Shown piece by piece: positions 19,731-28,735 of a stretch of DNA of 64,000 nucleotides. Position 1 is the first letter of the stretch; each line of letters starts with the position of its first letter. This stretch comes from Faecousia sp. Its GTDB lineage: Bacteria > Bacillota > Clostridia > Oscillospirales > Oscillospiraceae. Location of the stretch: positions 2,403-66,402 of the forward strand of contig JAZNDF010000121.1 of NCBI GenBank assembly GCA_045587925.1, given 5' to 3'. The notes under the pieces were generated by a model. The model did not search any database and was not told the origin of the DNA. It was given only the letters and a program-made list of their open reading frames with translations. The position numbers were made by a program, and so were the translations under genes.

Positions 19731-21632
19731 ATGAAGATAAATGCTTCTGTCAAGCTGGGAATCGTTGTGCCGGCGGAGGCTTCAGCCCGTGAACAGTTTG
19801 CATCAGAGGAGCTGCATAAATATTTGTCAGTAATGTTTTCCGGAATCGATGTGTCTATAGTTACGGATGCGGTGTCATTTTCCGGAAACAAGATCCTCAT
19901 TGGCGGTCCTGAACGAAACAAAGAAACAGCCCGGTATATAAGTGAAGCTGATTTTGACGCGGCTACCCCCGGCCCAGAGGGTATGTATATCAAAGCCTTT
20001 GGTGATGATACATTGGTTATTGCCGGCAGCAGTAAGAATGCCGGTGAGAATGAAAGAGGCACTCTTTACGCAGTGTATGAGCTGCTGGAACGGTATTTTG
20101 GCTGTAGCTTTGCTGCATACTTTAACCCCGATTTTGCAGGTGGTGAGTATGTTCCTGCTTTGGATGAAACCGATCTGTCCGATATCGAATATATCAAGGC
20201 TGCTGCGGATAATTCCTACAGAACAGCAATTACGGAATATCACGGCAGAAAGCACGATAATGTTTTGAACTTCTCATTCATTGATTGGCTGACGAAAAAC
20301 CGTTATAACCGTATGCTTCTTTGGATGCGATCCTATGAGACACTGAAGGAAATTGGTGCAATTGATGAAATTGAAAAACGCGGCATTGTGCTGACTGTTG
20401 GTCATCACGATGCAATTCCTACTTTCTTGCCGCGGGATGGCAATCAGTTTTTTCCGGAGAAATATTATCAGACACATCCTGAGTATTATAAGCTAATGGA
20501 GGACGGCACCCGCTTTTACAGTGAGGAACGGTGGCACTTTGGTGCTTGGTGCCTGTGCAGCCAAAATGCGGAGGTACATCAGGTCCTTGCCAACAATGTA
20601 ATGCAGTGGATCGAGCAAAATCCCACAGTAGATACCATTGCCTTGTGGCCAATGGACGGCAAGCGCCCTATGTGCTGCTGTGACGAATGCAGAAAGCATT
20701 CCGATGTGGAAAACTATGTCCACGCGCAAAATGCAGTGGCAAAGATCATTGGAGAGAAGTATCCGCATATTAAGATCGATATGCTGGCGTATGCAGGCCT
20801 GTTTAACTGTCCCGACGGCTTGGAGCTGGAGCCCAACCTGTTTATTGATGAGGCGGTCACCTCTGCGGAGCTGGGTATCCGATCTGTTGGTAAACCGGAC
20901 GGCAGCTGCCTGATCGGAACAGCCTATGAAGAAAATCTTCTGAAATGGAAAAAATCGGGCGCCTCTGTCGTTTACTATGAGTACTTTATGGGCACCCATT
21001 CCTGTCGTCACCGCTGGATGCCTTGCGCTGATGAATTCCAGAGCTACTGGAAGCGATTTATGGAAGTAGGCATCAACGGCGCAGGCACGCAGATTGAGTA
21101 TTGGAATTTCTGGAACAATATTTTTAACTTCTATGCCTTTGCCAGAACCGGTTATGATACAATGCTTTCCTTAGAGGATAATCTGTCTGCATTTACCAGG
21201 ATCTTTGGAGAGGGCGCTCCCTATATCGCGGAGATTATTCGAATGGGCGAAGCTTGCCTGGACGGACAGGTTAACATTAAGAAGGCGGGTCTGTTCCTGA
21301 TGGAAAATATCGACAAGGAATCCTGCTATGCAAACTTCGAAAAAGCGCTTGCTGCCGCAACGACTTCTGTGGCAAGAAACAATATCCGAATGATCAGAAT
21401 GATATTCCGTTACTCTGACATTGAATGTAAATATACAAAACTGGGCAAGGATGACTTCTATACATATGTTGCTTACGAGGATATTGAAGATCCTGACGGC
21501 GAGCTGTACTATATGAGCCATACTTATGACACATCCCGCTGGAATGTTCCCGGCTTTGGTTGTGCGTTCCCGGTGGACAATCAGAAACAGTCTGAATTTG
21601 TTCCGGATCATTGGTACGATTTTGAAGCATAA
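19731..21632 (+). CDS. DUF4838-like putative glycoside-hydrolase-fold protein (paralog 2)
   Basis: Collinear with paralog 1 (RGTLYAVYELLERY, YYQTHPEYYKLMEDGTRF, NFWNNIFNFY, WYxFEA end); GGAGG SD. Confidence 0.7.
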   Translation: MKINASVKLGIVVPAEASAREQFASEELHKYLSVMFSGIDVSIVTDAVSFSGNKILIGGPERNKETARYISEADFDAATPGPEGMYIKAFGDDTLVIAGSSKNAGENERGTLYAVYELLERYFGCSFAAYFNPDFAGGEYVPALDETDLSDIEYIKAAADNSYRTAITEYHGRKHDNVLNFSFIDWLTKNRYNRMLLWMRSYETLKEIGAIDEIEKRGIVLTVGHHDAIPTFLPRDGNQFFPEKYYQTHPEYYKLMEDGTRFYSEERWHFGAWCLCSQNAEVHQVLANNVMQWIEQNPTVDTIALWPMDGKRPMCCCDECRKHSDVENYVHAQNAVAKIIGEKYPHIKIDMLAYAGLFNCPDGLELEPNLFIDEAVTSAELGIRSVGKPDGSCLIGTAYEENLLKWKKSGASVVYYEYFMGTHSCRHRWMPCADEFQSYWKRFMEVGINGAGTQIEYWNFWNNIFNFYAFARTGYDTMLSLEDNLSAFTRIFGEGAPYIAEIIRMGEACLDGQVNIKKAGLFLMENIDKESCYANFEKALAAATTSVARNNIRMIRMIFRYSDIECKYTKLGKDDFYTYVAYEDIEDPDGELYYMSHTYDTSRWNVPGFGCAFPVDNQKQSEFVPDHWYDFEA

Positions 21633-21636
21633 TAAC

Positions 21637-21662
21637 ATCCCCCGTCCTGCAGGACGGGGGAT
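21637..21662. terminator. Hairpin/terminator between convergent genes
   Basis: ATCCCCCGTCCTGCAGGACGGGGGAT perfect palindrome. Confidence 0.7.
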
Positions 21663-21668
21663 AACTGT

Positions 21669-23174
21669 TTATTTTGTGAAGTTTACCAAAGACGCACTGT
21701 CCAGCTTGTCGTAGCGGGAAATAAAGGCCGCCAGTTCCGTTGCGATGATCTTTGCACCGCCTTGAATGTTACTTTCAATGTTCAGAGGAAGCAGGGGATC
21801 GTGGAGAGAGAGCCGGAGCAGGAACCAGCCGTCTCCGTGTTCTTGGTCCAGATTGACCCGCACACCTTCAAAATTGCTGGGCGCAAGGGACCAGCCGGGC
21901 TGATTTTCGGCGTATGCAGTCAAGGACTCGATTACATCCTGACCGTATGCCTTAAAGTCATCCAGAAGAATGTTCATACGGAATTCTACACTCTCAGCCG
22001 GTTCTTCCAGGGAATCGATCAAAGATTCCAATGTGTAGCCCTCTTTCTTGCCGCGGGCAAGCTCGATCAGAAGCTTGGTAACCAGATATGCGCCGTCATC
22101 CAGAAAGTAATTTTCCTTCAGCGCACCGTGTCCTGAGGTTTCGATTGCCAGCTGGCTGTCCTGACCTAAGTTGTTCAGGCGGATGGATTCGTTGATAACA
22201 TTACGGTAACCGCGCTTGAAACGGTGATGAATGCCGCCTTTTTCCTCGATGAATTTTGCAAGTCCGGTGGAGGTGATGGAGTCGGTAACGATGGTTGTAC
22301 CGGGATGCTCCCGCAGAAGAATTGCGGCAAGCATAGCAATAATGCGGTTGCGGTTTAATTCACTGCCGTCGGAAAGAACGGCACCTGCCCGATCCACATC
22401 GGTATCAAAGATAATGCCAAGGTCTGCGCCTGTTTCGTTCACGGCCTGGGTGATGCTCTTCATAGCTTCCTTGTCTTCCGGGTTGGGAATGTGGTTGGGG
22501 AAGCTTCCGTCAGGATCCAGGAAGCGACTGCCATCGGTATTGGCACCCAGGGGCTTGAGGACCTTGTCTGCATAGAAGCCACCGGCACCGTTGCCGGCAT
22601 CCACAACGATTCTGAAGCCCTCCAGCGGACGGTCTTCTCCGGATGCAGCGCGGATCTTATCAGCCAGGATAGCGGCATATGTATCCATAAATTCGCCCTG
22701 TGCTATAGAGCCTTCAGAAAGTCCGGTTACATCGTTGCCTGCGGCATATTCCAGGATCTGCTTAATATCGCCCTTTTCCAATCCGCCTTCTGCAGTAAAG
22801 AACTTAAAACCGTTGCGGTTGAAGGGAAGATGACTGGCGGTGATCATTACAGAACCGTCAAAAAGGTAGCCTTCTGTAACGGTGGACATAAACATAGCCG
22901 GGGTACTTGCCATACCAAAGTCGGTTACCAGCATACCCTGCTGTGCCATTGCCTCACAAATCCACTGGGAAAGATTCGGTCCTGAGAGACGGGAATCTCT
23001 GCCTACGGCAATGCGCAGATTGCTGTGCTTTCCTGTTTTGCTGGAAAGCCATAAAGCAAAGCCACGGCCAATATCCCGGCAAACCTGCTCCGTCAGATTC
23101 ACGCTCTGACCGGGAATTCCCTCCAGTGCAACACCGCGGATATCACTTCCGTTTTGAAGCTTATAGTAGTCCAT
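21669..23174 (-). CDS. Phosphomannomutase/phosphoglucomutase
   Basis: GSDIRG, ITASH, FDTDVDR, IETSGH. Confidence 0.92.
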   Translation of the reverse strand: MDYYKLQNGSDIRGVALEGIPGQSVNLTEQVCRDIGRGFALWLSSKTGKHSNLRIAVGRDSRLSGPNLSQWICEAMAQQGMLVTDFGMASTPAMFMSTVTEGYLFDGSVMITASHLPFNRNGFKFFTAEGGLEKGDIKQILEYAAGNDVTGLSEGSIAQGEFMDTYAAILADKIRAASGEDRPLEGFRIVVDAGNGAGGFYADKVLKPLGANTDGSRFLDPDGSFPNHIPNPEDKEAMKSITQAVNETGADLGIIFDTDVDRAGAVLSDGSELNRNRIIAMLAAILLREHPGTTIVTDSITSTGLAKFIEEKGGIHHRFKRGYRNVINESIRLNNLGQDSQLAIETSGHGALKENYFLDDGAYLVTKLLIELARGKKEGYTLESLIDSLEEPAESVEFRMNILLDDFKAYGQDVIESLTAYAENQPGWSLAPSNFEGVRVNLDQEHGDGWFLLRLSLHDPLLPLNIESNIQGGAKIIATELAAFISRYDKLDSASLVNFTK

Positions 23175-23289
23175 ATTATTTCCTCCGGTAATTTTTTCTA
23201 TAGTATATCACAGTTTTCCATAAATTTCAATGCTCAGACTGGTGACGCAACAGAAAATCCCGGAGCAATGCTCCGGGAATAAGGTTGGG

Positions 23290-23865
23290 TTATTCGATGG
23301 ACTGAAAATCTGAGTCTCGACGGAAATAAGAAATGGCATAATCGATAAAAGCTGCCAGCATAAACAAAGCATCCACTGCAGCAATGATATAGACGATCTT
23401 TGTGGGGATATCGGGGATCATAATAAGCACGATCAGGCTGACAAACAGGATCGTGGTGCAGACCTTGCCGGTCATCAGGGCACCTTTGAGCATTTTTCCC
23501 TTGCGCAGATTCAAACAGCCGGCAATCAACTGGAAGCTTTCCTTAAGAACAAATAAACCGATCAAGTATTTTAAGATGGGATATTTTACTGCCAGGCAGA
23601 CAATTAAAGTAAACTGTGTCAGCTTATCTGCCAGGGGATCCAGGATCTTGCCAAGAGTAGATATCATATTAAAATGCCGTGCAATTTTACCGTCTATTAA
23701 ATCAGTCAAGCAGGATATGGCAAGAATGGCCGCAGCTAAATAATAGTCAGCAGGGGATTGGGCACCCAGGTAGATCATAACATACACAGGGATGAGCAAA
23801 AGCCGAAATAAGCTTAGCAGATTTGGAATTGTAAATATTTCTTTTTTCCAATTTTTAATAAACAT
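23290..23865 (-). CDS. CDP-alcohol phosphatidyltransferase (PgsA-like)
   Basis: TIPNLLSLFR, TDLIDGKIAR...GKILDPLADK. Confidence 0.9.
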   Translation of the reverse strand: MFIKNWKKEIFTIPNLLSLFRLLLIPVYVMIYLGAQSPADYYLAAAILAISCLTDLIDGKIARHFNMISTLGKILDPLADKLTQFTLIVCLAVKYPILKYLIGLFVLKESFQLIAGCLNLRKGKMLKGALMTGKVCTTILFVSLIVLIMIPDIPTKIVYIIAAVDALFMLAAFIDYAISYFRRDSDFQSIE

Positions 23866-23966
23866 ACGGGCAGCTTCCTCCAACCTGCACAGTAATATCA
23901 TATAACTATCTATATTATAAGTTAAAATTTTGGATAATCAAGGTTTTTTGAAAAAAATTTATAAAT

Positions 23967-24506
23967 TTACCTTTGAAAATGTGCGTTGCGTCTGTGTGCG
24001 TCCAGGGTAAAATGCAGTACAAGATGCTTCCAGGTGATCCTGTCGATCTCACCGGTCACAGCAAGACCGGATAGCTTCTGAAATTCTGATACCGCATCGG
24101 CGGTGGCTGTGTCTACTACGCCGGTTACATCCGGAGGCACAATGGCAGAATTCATTTCTGAAAGCTGCATAAGCATTGCCTGAGCAAGGGATACATAGGG
24201 ATTGCTGTCGCCCATACTCAGCACCTGCCCCGCGTCCAAGAGCACTTCGATCGGCTGTGCTTTGCCAATTCTTACAAGACTTGGTTCATAGACAGATACG
24301 ATCGTATCCCAAGTGATCTGATCGGTAATTCCGGTGATGGGCAGGCCGTATTTGCGCTGAAAAGCACTTACAGCAGTCATAGTGTCGGGACCGTATATCC
24401 CGTCCGGGATGACTGTCGGCAAGCTTCGATCGTCCTGCGCGATAACCCGGAGCATTGTTTGAAGACTTCTGACCGGTTGCTCGATAAAGGATTCCTGTGG
24501 TCTCAT
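23967..24506 (-). CDS. Peptidoglycan-binding domain protein (two PG_binding_1-like repeats)
   Basis: DGIYGPDT..AV.AFQ..GLP.TG..D..TW repeated twice; overlaps the sleC stop. Confidence 0.8.
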   Translation of the reverse strand: MRPQESFIEQPVRSLQTMLRVIAQDDRSLPTVIPDGIYGPDTMTAVSAFQRKYGLPITGITDQITWDTIVSVYEPSLVRIGKAQPIEVLLDAGQVLSMGDSNPYVSLAQAMLMQLSEMNSAIVPPDVTGVVDTATADAVSEFQKLSGLAVTGEIDRITWKHLVLHFTLDAHRRNAHFQR

Positions 24507-25783
24507 CGTACTACCTCCTTACGCACAGTGTCCTGAGATCCGATACTTAGTTCTCTTCCCGGATATTGCGTTAAATTGGTTGTACGGGCATAGGGGGTGC
24601 GCTGGGCGTTGGCCTGACTATTTACCGGTCGGCTGAAATTTCCTGCAGCGCGGACATTTCCGGCAGGCACAGCGGTAATTGAAGAATTGGGGAATGTGGT
24701 TTGCAAACGCAGGGTGGTGTTTTCAATACCGGAATACTGGTCATAGATCGCATCCCAGGTTGCGGCATCTACTGTTCCGGTTTCCGGCAGACCGAAACGG
24801 CGTTGGGCGGCAAGAACCGCGGCGCGGGTAGCCTGACCGTAAATGCTGTCAATAGCGATAGGCGGAATGTTGGGGATAAACCGGGATAGGACGGAGAGCA
24901 TATACTGCAGAAATTCCACCTTGTCGCCGCTGTCGCCGACCTGCAGGGAATTGGGTGCGGTCCAGTTGATCGCGTAATATCGCTGACCCTGACTGCGTAG
25001 TTCGGATAAGCTGTTAACACCGCCGTACAGACGGACGATCTCGTACCAGGTTGCAGGACCTACAATGCCGTCAGCAGTCAGCCCGAATATTTCCTGAAAG
25101 GCGCGGACTGCGGCTTCTGTACGGCTGCCAAAGATGCCGTCTGCCGCAGGTATCTTGGGAATGGCGGGGTAGCTTTGGGATATTCGGTTCAGAGCTACCT
25201 GTATCACCACCACATTCGGTCCGCTGCTGCCTATTCTTAGGGGCGTTCCCGGATAGGATGATGTAATACCCCGTATCGGTGCGTTATTTACGGTCTCCAC
25301 ATCCCCGTAGTAGCTGCGCAGAATTTGATCAGAATTATATCCCTGCAGTGCAAGGTTCTGACTGCCCCACTGACTGAGTCCCTCACAGGTTACAGTCGTT
25401 CCGTTGCAGAATTTAGCTGCCAGGGGTTCGACAAAGCCGGGTCTGCGCAGGTAATCGTTAAACAATTCATCCACAAGTGCGGAAATATTCTCAAAATAAC
25501 TTCTTCCGTTTACAAATGCCTGATCGTAGGCGGTACTGTTGGTGATCTCAAAATCATAGCCACGGCTTCTGTAAAATTCCGTATAGACCCGATTTAGGGC
25601 AAAGGAAACGATGGCCAGTATATTTGCCCGCAATGCACTTTCGTCCCAGGTGGGATAGATTTCGCTGGATGCAACATTTTTTACATAGTCCTGAAAGGAG
25701 ACTGTCACATTTGGTGCATTGGATGACGGTGCGCCTAAATGTACAGTAATATTCTGTGGTACATATGGAATGACTGGTGGCAT
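24503..25783 (-). CDS. sleC: Spore cortex-lytic enzyme SleC, mature-region only (SpoIID-like domain plus two PG-binding domains)
   Basis: VPQNITVHLG.P, DYVKNVASSEIYPTW, FALNRVYTEFYR, FCNG..V.C.GLSQWGS. Confidence 0.85.
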   Translation of the reverse strand: MPPVIPYVPQNITVHLGAPSSNAPNVTVSFQDYVKNVASSEIYPTWDESALRANILAIVSFALNRVYTEFYRSRGYDFEITNSTAYDQAFVNGRSYFENISALVDELFNDYLRRPGFVEPLAAKFCNGTTVTCEGLSQWGSQNLALQGYNSDQILRSYYGDVETVNNAPIRGITSSYPGTPLRIGSSGPNVVVIQVALNRISQSYPAIPKIPAADGIFGSRTEAAVRAFQEIFGLTADGIVGPATWYEIVRLYGGVNSLSELRSQGQRYYAINWTAPNSLQVGDSGDKVEFLQYMLSVLSRFIPNIPPIAIDSIYGQATRAAVLAAQRRFGLPETGTVDAATWDAIYDQYSGIENTTLRLQTTFPNSSITAVPAGNVRAAGNFSRPVNSQANAQRTPYARTTNLTQYPGRELSIGSQDTVRKEVVR

Positions 25784-25794
25784 AAGTCGCCTCC

Positions 25795-26178
25795 CTACAG
25801 ATTTTGTGCAGGTATTTGGAAGATTTCAGCTTGATTTCTGGAATCGGGGAATTCTGATAAAGGTATCAATTCCAGATTTTGAAGTGTTATAGTATCCGGA
25901 AAGATCTGCAGATTTTCAATTTCAATGGCTTCAAAATTCTCAGCTCTGGCATATAGGTTAACGGCTGTGAAGGGAATAATGCCGGTATTTGGCGTTAAAC
26001 CGGCTGACAGATCCGGGACACTGATTGGAATTGCTGTATCCAGCAGTCCGCTGCGATTGGTAAGCCGCATAGCAATGGCGGAGCCGCTGGCATCGGTTAT
26101 GGTGATGGCGGCATTTTCTATGGGTATCTGGGCGTTGCTGGTATAGGCGTGAACCTGTATATATCCGGTAGCAGACAG
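25795..26178 (-). CDS. Stand-alone SleC N-terminal pre-domain-like protein; CTG start
   Basis: AAGGAGGG SD 6 nt before CTG; reads (M)SATGYIQVHAYTSNAQIPIENAAITI..TNRSG..P..PF..V.LYARAENFE, resembling the N-terminus of clostridial prepro-SleC. Confidence 0.7.
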   Translation of the reverse strand: MSATGYIQVHAYTSNAQIPIENAAITITDASGSAIAMRLTNRSGLLDTAIPISVPDLSAGLTPNTGIIPFTAVNLYARAENFEAIEIENLQIFPDTITLQNLELIPLSEFPDSRNQAEIFQIPAQNL

Positions 26179-26241
26179 AATGATCCCTCCTTTTAATGTT
26201 TCGGAATTATTCTATGCTTCAGATGTATAAAAGTGCAGGAG

Positions 26242-26670
26242 TTATAAAAACTCCTGCAAAGTGCGAATGTTCTCCTGCTCGTAATCCAGCAGCTTTTGAC
26301 ATAAATTTGTGACGCGTTCATCAGATGCTGAAATCGCGTGAAGATTTTTCACGCCCTTGATGATCCCACGGGTGCTTCCGTTAATCATCATAGCAGCAGC
26401 CTTTGAGTTTTTGTTGCCGAAGGATAAATGGGTACGCACCATTGCATTTGTCATTCCGACAATGCTGTAGGAAAGAGAGTCCAGTTCCCAGCCCCTGGTG
26501 TTAGCAATTTCCTTCGCCTCCCGTTCAATACTGTCGTATTGCCGGAGCTGGTCCTTCAAAGCATCGCGGAAACGGGCGTTTATGGGGGATTTTAATATAG
26601 AGCGAATGCCGATTTGCCCCATTTGTGCAGTTTTGAGTGTGGAGCCTAACAGATCCTTGCTGTCTTTCAT
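26242..26670 (-). CDS. Hypothetical helical protein (possibly ferritin-like, sporulation-associated)
   Basis: 142-aa amphipathic helical ORF between sporulation-type genes. Confidence 0.6.
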   Translation of the reverse strand: MKDSKDLLGSTLKTAQMGQIGIRSILKSPINARFRDALKDQLRQYDSIEREAKEIANTRGWELDSLSYSIVGMTNAMVRTHLSFGNKNSKAAAMMINGSTRGIIKGVKNLHAISASDERVTNLCQKLLDYEQENIRTLQEFL

Positions 26671-26766
26671 TTTTATCACCGATTTCAGTATGCCCCATAT
26701 TTCTGCCGGTATACACAGTTGTCATTTGAATGCATAGAATATACAGATGAAAGGAAGGGATATCCT

Positions 26767-28587
26767 ATGTGTGCAATTGCAGGAATTATCGGACTGGAAA
26801 TCGATGAGCTCATTATGGATAAAATGATCGATACAATGAAACGGCGCGGACCGGACGATACCGGGCGGTTTCAATGCAGAGATTGCGGACTGCTACATTG
26901 CAGACTTTCGATCATTGACCCGGAGGGCGGAAGACAGCCTATGCAGATCCAGTGGGCAGGGGAGACCTATACGATCGTATATAACGGTGAGCTGTACAAT
27001 ACAAGGGAAGTTCGAAAGGAATTGATAAATCTTGGACACCGGTTTGTGTCCCATTCGGATACAGAGGTTATTTTACATTCCTATGCCCAATGGGGCGGCA
27101 AATGTGTGGATAAGCTGAACGGTATTTTTGCCTTTGCTGTTTGGGAACATAAAAATCGGCGGCTGTTTATGGCAAGAGACAGGATCGGCGTGAAACCGCT
27201 GTTTTATACCTTGCAAAATAACGGTCTGATCTTTGCGTCGGAAATCAAGACGATCCTGAAATATCCCGGTGTTACCCCGGAATTGGATGCAGAAGGTGCC
27301 GCACAAATTTTGTTGATCGGTCCGGGGCGAATACCCGGTTCCGGCGTGTTTCGGGGAATTATGGAATTGGAGCCCGGCTGTTGTGGGATATTCAGTGACG
27401 GGAAGTGGGTTTGGCGTCGCTATTGGAAGCTGACAGACAGAAAGCATACAGATACATTTGCACAGACTGTAGAAAAGGTACGCTATTTGGTCAAGGATGC
27501 AATTGCCAGGCAAATGGTTTCGGATGTTCCCATCGGTACATTTTTATCAGGAGGTCTGGATTCCAGTCTGATAACGGCCATCTGTTCCGGAGAAATGGAG
27601 AAGAAAGGCCAAAAGCTTAAAACCTTCTCTTTGGACTACGAAGGGAATGCCCGCTATTTTGTGCCGGGAAAATTCCAGCCAAATTCAGACAACAGTTATA
27701 TTGAAATAATGAAAAAATCCTTAAATGTGGATCACCACTGGACAGTCCTGACACCGCAGGGGCTTATAAACGATCTTGAAGCTGCAACGATAGCCAGAGA
27801 TCTACCCGGAATGGCGGATGTAGATTTTTCCTTGCTTGCTTTCTGCAAAGACATCCGCTCCAATGTAAAGGTCGCACTTTCCGGTGAATGTGCCGACGAA
27901 ATATTTGGGGGATATCCCTGGTATCGCGACCCGGAGGTGCGGTCGATAGATGGCTTTCCCTGGGCACAGAACACCCAGCAGCGAATAACCTTCCTGCATC
28001 CGGATATCACAGCGAAGATCAACGGCAGAGAATTTGTATGGGATCATTACCGCCAGACACTGGATGAATGTGACATTTTGCCGGATACATCCCCGGAGGA
28101 ACGGCGCATTAAGGAAATGGTGAACTTAAATCATCGCTGGTTTATGCAGACCCTCCTGGACCGCAAGGACAGAATGAGTATGTATTGCGGGCTGGAGGTC
28201 CGCGTTCCTTTTTGTGACTGGCGAATTGCCGAATATCTATATGGCGTGCCATGGGAATATAAGGATTATCAGGGATATGAAAAAGGCCTGCTGCGGTGTG
28301 CTATGGAGGATATCCTTCCCAAAGAGATCCTTTGGAGAAAGAAAAGTCCTTATCCGAAAACGCATCATCCCCGTTATATGGAGCTGGTGAGTCAAAGACT
28401 TTCGGAAGTTCTGGAGGATAAAAATGCGCCTGTTTTTCAAATCGTCCGCAGGGAGGCTCTGGAAGACTTGTTCCAGTCAGACCATCCCTGGCCCTGGTAC
28501 GGGCAGCTTATGAAGACGCCCCAAACCGTTGCATTTATGCTGCAGCTTAACTTTTGGCTGGTGCATTATAACATTCGCGTGGCTTGA
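26767..28587 (+). CDS. asnB: Asparagine synthase (glutamine-hydrolyzing)
   Basis: N-terminal MCAIAG, RRGPDD, YNGELYN, LSGGLDSS, LSGECADE, RKKSPYP. Confidence 0.93.
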   Translation: MCAIAGIIGLEIDELIMDKMIDTMKRRGPDDTGRFQCRDCGLLHCRLSIIDPEGGRQPMQIQWAGETYTIVYNGELYNTREVRKELINLGHRFVSHSDTEVILHSYAQWGGKCVDKLNGIFAFAVWEHKNRRLFMARDRIGVKPLFYTLQNNGLIFASEIKTILKYPGVTPELDAEGAAQILLIGPGRIPGSGVFRGIMELEPGCCGIFSDGKWVWRRYWKLTDRKHTDTFAQTVEKVRYLVKDAIARQMVSDVPIGTFLSGGLDSSLITAICSGEMEKKGQKLKTFSLDYEGNARYFVPGKFQPNSDNSYIEIMKKSLNVDHHWTVLTPQGLINDLEAATIARDLPGMADVDFSLLAFCKDIRSNVKVALSGECADEIFGGYPWYRDPEVRSIDGFPWAQNTQQRITFLHPDITAKINGREFVWDHYRQTLDECDILPDTSPEERRIKEMVNLNHRWFMQTLLDRKDRMSMYCGLEVRVPFCDWRIAEYLYGVPWEYKDYQGYEKGLLRCAMEDILPKEILWRKKSPYPKTHHPRYMELVSQRLSEVLEDKNAPVFQIVRREALEDLFQSDHPWPWYGQLMKTPQTVAFMLQLNFWLVHYNIRVA

Positions 28588-28735
28588 ATTGTGATATTCC
28601 ACAAAATATAGTCAAAAAAGTCTCCCAAATTGAATTATCTTATAATTTTCTGTAAGACGGTTGTCTTTTTGAGATAAAAATGTTAAAATACTCAAGACAA
28701 ATGTGCGCTTAGCAAGGACAGAAGGTGATTTGGAA

